NCBI GenBank assembly: GCA_963849875.1
Contig: CAWKIN010000006.1
Location: 57,003 to 121,002, forward strand
Reading direction: 5' to 3'
Length of the DNA stretch: 64,000 nt
Origin: an uncultured beta proteobacterium
GTDB taxonomy: Bacteria; Pseudomonadota; Gammaproteobacteria; Burkholderiales; Gallionellaceae
In this document: positions 57,603 through 64,000 of the stretch, piece by piece
Layout of the letters: every line of letters begins with the position of its first letter
Numbering within the stretch: position 1 is the first letter of the stretch
The notes under the pieces: model-generated
What the model saw: the letters and a program-made list of their open reading frames with translations, nothing else
The model's database searches: none
Told to the model about the DNA's origin: nothing
Translations under genes and position numbers: made by a program

Positions 57603-59975
57603 TCAAGCGTCTGCTATCACAATCGTACAGTTGTGGCCCAGCCATACCCCTGTGTCCATATTCCGTATGGTGAATTCGATTTGTTTAGCAGGTGCTCGCG
57701 TTTCCAGTTCAACGAGGTATAGCCCGAGGCCGGTATCTCGTGTCTCACTATCTTGAGCAGACTGCCAACCATCAATGCTCCAATGTACGATGCTCGGTTC
57801 GTACAACGCGATAAACAATACCTGCCCGCGGGTGATCTTCAATATCTGATCCTGTGGCAGCCAGATGGCATGTTTAATCACCGGTCGCTGGCCACAATAG
57901 CGTTGCCAGGCTGCGCTCGGTCTATCCAGGGGATAACCTTGCTGTCGCGATATCAGGAGCTTGATGTATTCCGCATGCGCCCAGACCAAGGGCATGGCCG
58001 AGCCGCTGGGGCGACCGGGATAGAGACTTTGGGCCGGGATGGACTCGCTGTCCCATACTTGTTCCGGGATCATGCCACCGTCGCCACTCATGGCGACCAT
58101 TGCTTTCAGATAGGGTAAAGGGTCTTTCCCCGCTGCGAGTTCATAGTGTCCCCGCTCCCCAGTCAGTAACGGCCATAATCGCCCTATCCCCACACCATCG
58201 AATGGCGCCCCATCATCATGCTCACCATAACCATCGCCGTTATAACGATGCCAGGAAGGGCCGCTCGGTGTATCGACTTTCAGCAGTGCATCGATGACAC
58301 GGAGGCTATCGACGATCAACGGGTCGTCTGCACTACGCAGACCGAAGCGCACCAGTTGCAGGCAATCGATGCCCACCTGCTCCTCGGCGGACAATGCTGT
58401 TACATCGGCTCTGTTCTTGATCGGCAGCACATCAAGCAGTGCACGCGGATTGATATCGCGCTCTGTCGGTGCGTTGCGGATGTAATAGCCACTAACACCG
58501 ATGTGCTTAGCCAGCTCCGTAGCGTAGACGGCAGTCCAGTCTTCGATATGCGCGTTCCAATAATCGGCTAGGTCCAGCACAAAATCCCGCGACTGGGCAT
58601 CCAGCCATTCCGCCCCCGCCACCAGAGCGGCGATGCATACGGACAGTGTGAACGCATTGATACCGGCATCCTCTTCCCAGCGATTCTGCTGACTGATCGG
58701 GCCGGTACGTACGATAAAACCGATCGCACGCTTGATCATGTCGGCGACCGCTATGCCTTGCAACGCACCGTGTTCGGCCAATCGTGCCGCCAGCAAGATA
58801 GGGAACGCGACTTCATCAAGTTGGATACCTTGCCAGTAGGGCTTGCCGCCCAGCCACTGATTCTGATACCAGTGCCCATCGCCATGCTGGGTCGCAATAA
58901 GATAGCGCAGAATATCTCTGGCCTCGTCTTCTGCGCCCAGCGCCAATAATGCTCCCGCGCTCTCCACCAGATCGCGCGGCCAAACCAAGTGATACCCGCC
59001 GCGTTCGTCGCGAGTATTCCCCCAGGGAACGCTCAGGCTGGCGACCATCGCGCCCAGATGAATTTTGTCCTGATGGACGCGCAATACCATGGCCGAGGTG
59101 AAGTACTGCTCGCGTAGCGAGTCTGGAATGTCCTGTTGGAATTTGCGCTGCGCTACGCAACGGCGGTGCCACACCGACCAGTCATCCAGCAATTGCTGCC
59201 AAGGTTCATCGAAAGGCCGCTTGAGGGCCGAGATAGCCAGTGTGGCCGCCGACTCCTTACTGCCCGCGAAACCCAAAGCCAGCGTCGCGTGCCGTGGCAG
59301 CTCTCCCATCATGGATACGTTACCGGGGCCGGCATGTGTATGTTGCCACTCCATCTTGCCGTGGCGGGAGAAGTCCTGCCACCCGTCGCTAGTTCCGACA
59401 TACCCTGCGCTGGTACGCAACCAGGCATCTTGCTGGCTGACATCCACTGCGACCAAGGCCAGACCGTATGGCCCTTGCTCTGCCCATAGCACCTTATGAT
59501 TGCGATAGCTTCCTACTTCGGCTTGATTGTCATGACCACTGCCGCCCAAGTGCGGCGCAAGCAGTGCATAGGGCCGCAGACCCGGTTCGCCCTCCAGTAT
59601 TACATCGACCAGCAACACATCGCGTTGACGGTCCGGGGCGATTCTAAGTTTGAGTGTGAAGCGTTCATGCTGATGAATGATCTCGAGTGCCGGGACACCC
59701 TGCTCGGCCCAGACCAATTTATGGCTGTCCATGCGTTTCACTTCCACCCAGAATCCCTGATCGTCAGCAACGATGAACCCCAGGTCGCGAATCTGCGGGA
59801 TATCGACGCGCGGGTAGAACACTTCATTCACAATCCCACCGCCTACGGTGAACCACACGCGTGAAGCACCTAGCGAGCAACCAACGAGCTGTTTGGCGCT
59901 GCTACACCAAGTCGGTGCGATACCGGGGCTGCCCGGTGCCTCTGTATTGTTTATCTGATCAAGTTTCGTGTTCAT
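57603..59975 (-). CDS. Glucoamylase/glucan 1,4-alpha-glucosidase (GH15)
   Basis: APG.PG..PTW....K, GA.VASLS.PWG, GYHLVWPRD, RWEE, WPLLTGER, PEQVWD, PLVWAHAEY. Confidence 0.9.
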   Translation of the reverse strand: MNTKLDQINNTEAPGSPGIAPTWCSSAKQLVGCSLGASRVWFTVGGGIVNEVFYPRVDIPQIRDLGFIVADDQGFWVEVKRMDSHKLVWAEQGVPALEIIHQHERFTLKLRIAPDRQRDVLLVDVILEGEPGLRPYALLAPHLGGSGHDNQAEVGSYRNHKVLWAEQGPYGLALVAVDVSQQDAWLRTSAGYVGTSDGWQDFSRHGKMEWQHTHAGPGNVSMMGELPRHATLALGFAGSKESAATLAISALKRPFDEPWQQLLDDWSVWHRRCVAQRKFQQDIPDSLREQYFTSAMVLRVHQDKIHLGAMVASLSVPWGNTRDERGGYHLVWPRDLVESAGALLALGAEDEARDILRYLIATQHGDGHWYQNQWLGGKPYWQGIQLDEVAFPILLAARLAEHGALQGIAVADMIKRAIGFIVRTGPISQQNRWEEDAGINAFTLSVCIAALVAGAEWLDAQSRDFVLDLADYWNAHIEDWTAVYATELAKHIGVSGYYIRNAPTERDINPRALLDVLPIKNRADVTALSAEEQVGIDCLQLVRFGLRSADDPLIVDSLRVIDALLKVDTPSGPSWHRYNGDGYGEHDDGAPFDGVGIGRLWPLLTGERGHYELAAGKDPLPYLKAMVAMSGDGGMIPEQVWDSESIPAQSLYPGRPSGSAMPLVWAHAEYIKLLISRQQGYPLDRPSAAWQRYCGQRPVIKHAIWLPQDQILKITRGQVLFIALYEPSIVHWSIDGWQSAQDSETRDTGLGLYLVELETRAPAKQIEFTIRNMDTGVWLGHNCTIVIADA

Positions 59976-59984
59976 CGGGATGAC

Positions 59985-61496
59985 CTAGGTGTTTGTCAGG
60001 GTCGGTGTCAGCCAGCTGTTGCCATCTGATGCGACCAACCGATTGGATGATTCAGGCCCCCACGATCCGGCTACATAGTTGGGAAAGTCGGAAGCGCGAT
60101 TCTCCTCCCAGACTTTGATGACCGGCATCAGCAGTTTCCACGCGGCTTCCACCTGATCGGCGCGCATAAACAGCGTCGCGTCACCGAGCATGACATCACG
60201 TAACAAAGTCTCATAAGCGGCAGGCGACTCGACCTGAAAAGCTTCTTTGTAACTGAAGCGCATATCGACCGGGCGCAACCGTAAAGGAGAACCTGGTTCT
60301 TTGGCAATGAACTTGAGCACGATTCCTTGTTCTGGATTCAGTTGTATGACTAGTCTTACCGGTTGGCTGTTCAATCCGACCGATGCAGGAAAGGCGCGAT
60401 GGGGTACATCGCGAAAACGTATGGATATCTCTGTAACACTGGACGCCATGCGTTTACCCGTGCGCACATAGAACGGCACATCCTGCCAGCGCCAGTTGTC
60501 CACATACAGTTTGAGTGCAGCATAGGTCTCGGTATTGGAGTGCGGAGCAACGTTGGGCTCGGCACGGTAGGCGGGCATCTTCTCACCATTAATCCAGCCA
60601 TCCGCATATTGTCCGCGCGAGGCGACTTCATCTACCTCCTCGGGGGCGATCTTGCGTAAGGCATGCAGCACATCGACTTTTCTGTTGCGGATATCGTCCG
60701 CGTCGTAGGATACAGGCGGCTCCATCGCGACCAGACACAGTAACTGTATCAAATGGTTCTGCACCATGTCGCGTAGCGCCCCGGCATGCTCATAGTAGCA
60801 ACCACGCTTTTCGACTCCCAGGGTCTCGGCTGCGGTGATGGTGACATGATCCACATAACGCCGGTTCCATATCGGCTCGAAGATAGGATTCGCGAAACGC
60901 ATGGCCAGAATGTTCTGTACGGTTTCTTTGCCGAGAAAATGATCGATACGAAAGAGTTGCCGTTCTTCGAAGACTTTGCACAGCACAGCGTTGATCTCAA
61001 GAAATGATGCCAAGTCATTGCCTAGCGGTTTTTCGACGACCAGGCGCACACGCTCTCTATCCTGCGCCAGACCGGCGGCGCCCAAGCCGAGCGCGATAGG
61101 CTCAAATAGTGTCGGAGGTGTGGCCAGATAAAAGATGCGCTCCGCATCTCCGTTCCATTCCGTTTCTCGTGCTTCAAGTGTCCTGGCCAGCATCCTGAAA
61201 TCTTCCGGATGGGTGACGTCGGCCTTGATGTAGCGGATCAAGCGGGAAAACGCTTGCCACTCTTCCGGTTGCGGTGCGCCTTTGCGCGAATTCTGTGTGA
61301 TGCCTTTGAGGTAGTGAGTGGCGAGTGCGGCATCATCTGTATCTGCGTGATCCACCGCGATCAGCTGAAATCTTTCTGGCAGATGGCCATCGAGAAATAG
61401 ATTGAACAGTGCCGGAACCACGAGGCGCCATGAGAGATCGCCCTCCGCACCGAACAGAATAAACAGGGTGTCGTTGGGGGTAGTAGTCGTTTTCAT
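59985..61496 (-). CDS. zwf: Glucose-6-phosphate 1-dehydrogenase
   Basis: FGA.GDL, EKPLG, RIDHFLGKETVQN, RDMVQNH. Confidence 0.95.
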   Translation of the reverse strand: MKTTTTPNDTLFILFGAEGDLSWRLVVPALFNLFLDGHLPERFQLIAVDHADTDDAALATHYLKGITQNSRKGAPQPEEWQAFSRLIRYIKADVTHPEDFRMLARTLEARETEWNGDAERIFYLATPPTLFEPIALGLGAAGLAQDRERVRLVVEKPLGNDLASFLEINAVLCKVFEERQLFRIDHFLGKETVQNILAMRFANPIFEPIWNRRYVDHVTITAAETLGVEKRGCYYEHAGALRDMVQNHLIQLLCLVAMEPPVSYDADDIRNRKVDVLHALRKIAPEEVDEVASRGQYADGWINGEKMPAYRAEPNVAPHSNTETYAALKLYVDNWRWQDVPFYVRTGKRMASSVTEISIRFRDVPHRAFPASVGLNSQPVRLVIQLNPEQGIVLKFIAKEPGSPLRLRPVDMRFSYKEAFQVESPAAYETLLRDVMLGDATLFMRADQVEAAWKLLMPVIKVWEENRASDFPNYVAGSWGPESSNRLVASDGNSWLTPTLTNT

Positions 61497-61809
61497 CTTG
61501 TTGTTCTCCTTGACGTACCCGGGATGTGACCTGACATCTCAGCGAACGTTCAGTCTTTTTTTGGATAGGAAAGTAAACGCCATTACACCTAAGGAAGCCC
61601 TGATGTTTTACTCACGATGGATGCATGAGCAAAAGATAAATCTCGATTTCGATTGCAACCTATTCGGGTTCCAAGCATCGTAACTCAGCAACAAGCTTAT
61701 CTATGGGTGTGTTATACCCGCTTGTCGCGGCCATTCCATTACATCTTTTAGCTGGCGAGTATCATCCATGCAGGACGTGTAGCACGATCACTCAACAAGG
61801 AGAACCAAG

Positions 61810-62787
61810 ATGCAAATTGCAATGGTGGGGCTGGGACGCATGGGGGCCAATATGGCGCGTCGCTTGATGCGGGATGGTCATGAGTGCGTCGTATACGATA
61901 GAAATCCGGACGCTGTCGCACAGTTGGTTGCCGAGGGCGCGACCGGTGCAGCCAGTCTAAACGAACTGGCGGAACAGCTCGTGCCGCCACGTGCCGCATG
62001 GGTCATGGTGCCGGCGGGTGACATCACCGAAAGTGCGGTGACGGAATTGGCGGCCTGCTTTGCGGCCGACGACATCATCATCGATGGTGGCAACAGCTAT
62101 TTCAAAGACGATGTGCGTCGCGCGAAGTTGTTCGCCGCGAGTGGTATACATTATCTGGATGCCGGCACCAGCGGTGGCGTGTGGGGGCTGGAGCGTGGCT
62201 ACTGTCTGATGGTGGGGGGCGCTGCCACTGCAGTTCAACGTCTGGAACCGGTGTTCCGCACGCTGGCTCCGGGCAGCTCGGGCATCCCGCCTTCGCCGGG
62301 AAGAGCCCACGGTGGCAGCGCAGAACAGGGTTGGTTGTATTGTGGCCCATCGGGTGCGGGTCACTTCGTCAAGATGGTGCACAACGGTATCGAGTACGGC
62401 TTGATGCAAGCCTATGCCGAAGGATTCGACATCCTCAGGAACGCCAATGCCGAGACACTGCCGACGGACCAGCGCTACGACCTGAATCTGGCGGATGTCG
62501 CCGAACTGTGGAGACGGGGCAGCGTGGTGAGTTCATGGCTGCTGGATCTGTCGGCGGATGCATTGGCACGCAACCCTGATCTGTCGAATTACAGTGGCTT
62601 TGTGCAAGATTCCGGCGAAGGGCGCTGGACGGTACAGGCTGCCCTTGATGAAGCCGTGCCCGCCGATGTTCTCACCGCCGCGCTCTACACCCGCTTCCGC
62701 TCAAGACAGGAACACACTTTTGCAGAGAAGGTCCTGTCCGCCATGCGCATGGGCTTTGGCGGTCATGTCGAGCCTGGCGAAAAGTAG
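61810..62787 (+). CDS. gnd: 6-phosphogluconate dehydrogenase (decarboxylating, short type)
   Basis: [39 protein letters not shown]. Confidence 0.93.
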   Translation: MQIAMVGLGRMGANMARRLMRDGHECVVYDRNPDAVAQLVAEGATGAASLNELAEQLVPPRAAWVMVPAGDITESAVTELAACFAADDIIIDGGNSYFKDDVRRAKLFAASGIHYLDAGTSGGVWGLERGYCLMVGGAATAVQRLEPVFRTLAPGSSGIPPSPGRAHGGSAEQGWLYCGPSGAGHFVKMVHNGIEYGLMQAYAEGFDILRNANAETLPTDQRYDLNLADVAELWRRGSVVSSWLLDLSADALARNPDLSNYSGFVQDSGEGRWTVQAALDEAVPADVLTAALYTRFRSRQEHTFAEKVLSAMRMGFGGHVEPGEK

Positions 62788-62796
62788 TGCCAAGGC

Positions 62797-63480
62797 ATGG
62801 CTACGTTACAGCAACGCCACTGGCATGAATTCACAGACCGCGCTCAATTCGAACGGGCAGCCAAACGGTTCATTCTGACGTGTGCCCAACGAGCGATTGC
62901 CGCGCATGGTGTGTTTCGTATCGTACTGGCCGGCGGCAATACGCCACGCGGTATCTATCAGTCACTCTACAGTGCTGATACCGACTGGTCCGCTTGGCAC
63001 ATCTATTTCGGCGACGAACGATGTCTGCCTGCCGCAAGTGCCGAGCGCAACAGCCACATGGCGCAAACCCTGTGGCTAGCTCATGTGTGTATTCCACCGC
63101 AGCAGATACATCCGATACCCGCAGAACTGGGGGCAGATAGGGCTGCAACCCTGTATGCACAAGTCATCGCCGATGTCGGAGAGTTCGATCTGGTGCTACT
63201 GGGCTTGGGCGAGGATGGGCACACTGCCAGCCTGTTTCCCGGAGGAGCATGGGAGAAGGTGGCGATGCTGCCGACTGTCATACCGGTATTCGATGCACCC
63301 AAGCCACCAGCACATAGAGTCTCACTCAGTCCGGCGCGCTTGAGTCAGGCCGAGTGCGTCATGTATCTGGTGAGCGGGGAGGATAAACAGGAAGCAGTCC
63401 GCAAGTGGCGCGCTGGCATGAACCTACCCGCCAGCAGAATAACGCCAGCAGGTGTAGTGGAAGTATTCCTGAGCAGCTGA
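62797..63480 (+). CDS. pgl: 6-phosphogluconolactonase
   Basis: LAGG.TP, FGDERC, LGLGEDGHTASLFP, PKPP..RVSL. Confidence 0.93.
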   Translation: MATLQQRHWHEFTDRAQFERAAKRFILTCAQRAIAAHGVFRIVLAGGNTPRGIYQSLYSADTDWSAWHIYFGDERCLPAASAERNSHMAQTLWLAHVCIPPQQIHPIPAELGADRAATLYAQVIADVGEFDLVLLGLGEDGHTASLFPGGAWEKVAMLPTVIPVFDAPKPPAHRVSLSPARLSQAECVMYLVSGEDKQEAVRKWRAGMNLPASRITPAGVVEVFLSS

Positions 63481-63546
63481 TGCGACACACTGAATAATGG
63501 ATACAGGTCATCCGATTTTGAATATCTAAAGAGCAAGACATGGGAC

Positions 63547-64000
63547 TCACGATCCCACCAGGCTGGCCGCGATATTGATCGTCAGACCAAGGATGGCGAC
63601 GTTGAATAAAAAACTGAGTATCGATTGAGCGAGTACAGTCTTGCGCATCGAACGCGTCATCACTGAAACATCTGATGTTTGGGCGGCGACCGCGACAGTA
63701 AACGAAAAATAAAGGAAATCCCAATAGTCCAGATTCTCTTCGTTATCCGGAAAACGGAGGGCGCGTCGTTCGATAGGCGACCTGTAAAAGAGTCGTGCAT
63801 AGTGATAGGTGAAAAGTGTCGCGACGAGGCACCATGAACCTAATACGGTAATACCGGTAAATGCGTAGTGAGCAATACGACTACTGAAAGTCAGTTCCTT
63901 GACGGTTGATAACTCCAAGACAATCGCTGCGAGACTAACTATCGCTGCTACCGACATGATCGCCAAGATAACTACTGCGCTCTTGTCTTCTTGCTCGGCG
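63547..64000 (-). CDS. DUF1345 membrane protein (5' part outside the window)
   Basis: HYARLFY, L.FP....[19 protein letters not shown]. Confidence 0.88.
   Translation of the reverse strand, partial: AEQEDKSAVVILAIMSVAAIVSLAAIVLELSTVKELTFSSRIAHYAFTGITVLGSWCLVATLFTYHYARLFYRSPIERRALRFPDNEENLDYWDFLYFSFTVAVAAQTSDVSVMTRSMRKTVLAQSILSFLFNVAILGLTINIAASLVGS

Overview
A GC-rich betaproteobacterial chromosome segment; the gene set and order suggest Gallionellaceae/Nitrosomonadales (inference). The housekeeping backbone is ybeD-lipB...lipA, cytochrome c, an RNB nuclease, tonB, sthA, glgX, tex, rlmD, sodB, addAB, fdxA, tRNA-Met, recQ, apbC, miaB-ybeY-corC, lnt and zwf/gnd/pgl. Accessory DNA interrupts it in four ways. 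(1) A defence islet sits between lipB and lipA: an MmeI-like type IIL R-M gene cleanly split by an ISL3 element (8-bp TSD), a membrane protein, and PrlF-YhaV. (2) A ~7.5-kb island (~18.9-26.35 kb) holds unrelated cargo (lectin-like lipoprotein, Cys-rich repeat protein, HExxH+VWD protein, TA pair). Each cargo gene follows a conserved ~50-bp motif, with REP-like CCCC-ending motifs and duplicated tails of neighbouring genes nearby. The array runs into an integron remnant with no integrase (attI-like site, two cassettes, one complete attC). This is the best candidate for an undescribed gene-capture system. (3) An 831-bp element bounded by inverted repeats carries only a BrnT TA pair and is inserted into a terminator. 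(4) Several palindromic MITE/REP families occur, two of them translated in-frame inside enzymes (the MmeI-like protein and AddA). Also found: two tandem paralogous 31-aa membrane proteins missed by the ORF track, a GldC-like gene, and a YbiB-like/CobA fusion. Frameshifts in lipA and tex are probably sequencing errors. All assignments come from reading the sequence; no database search was run.
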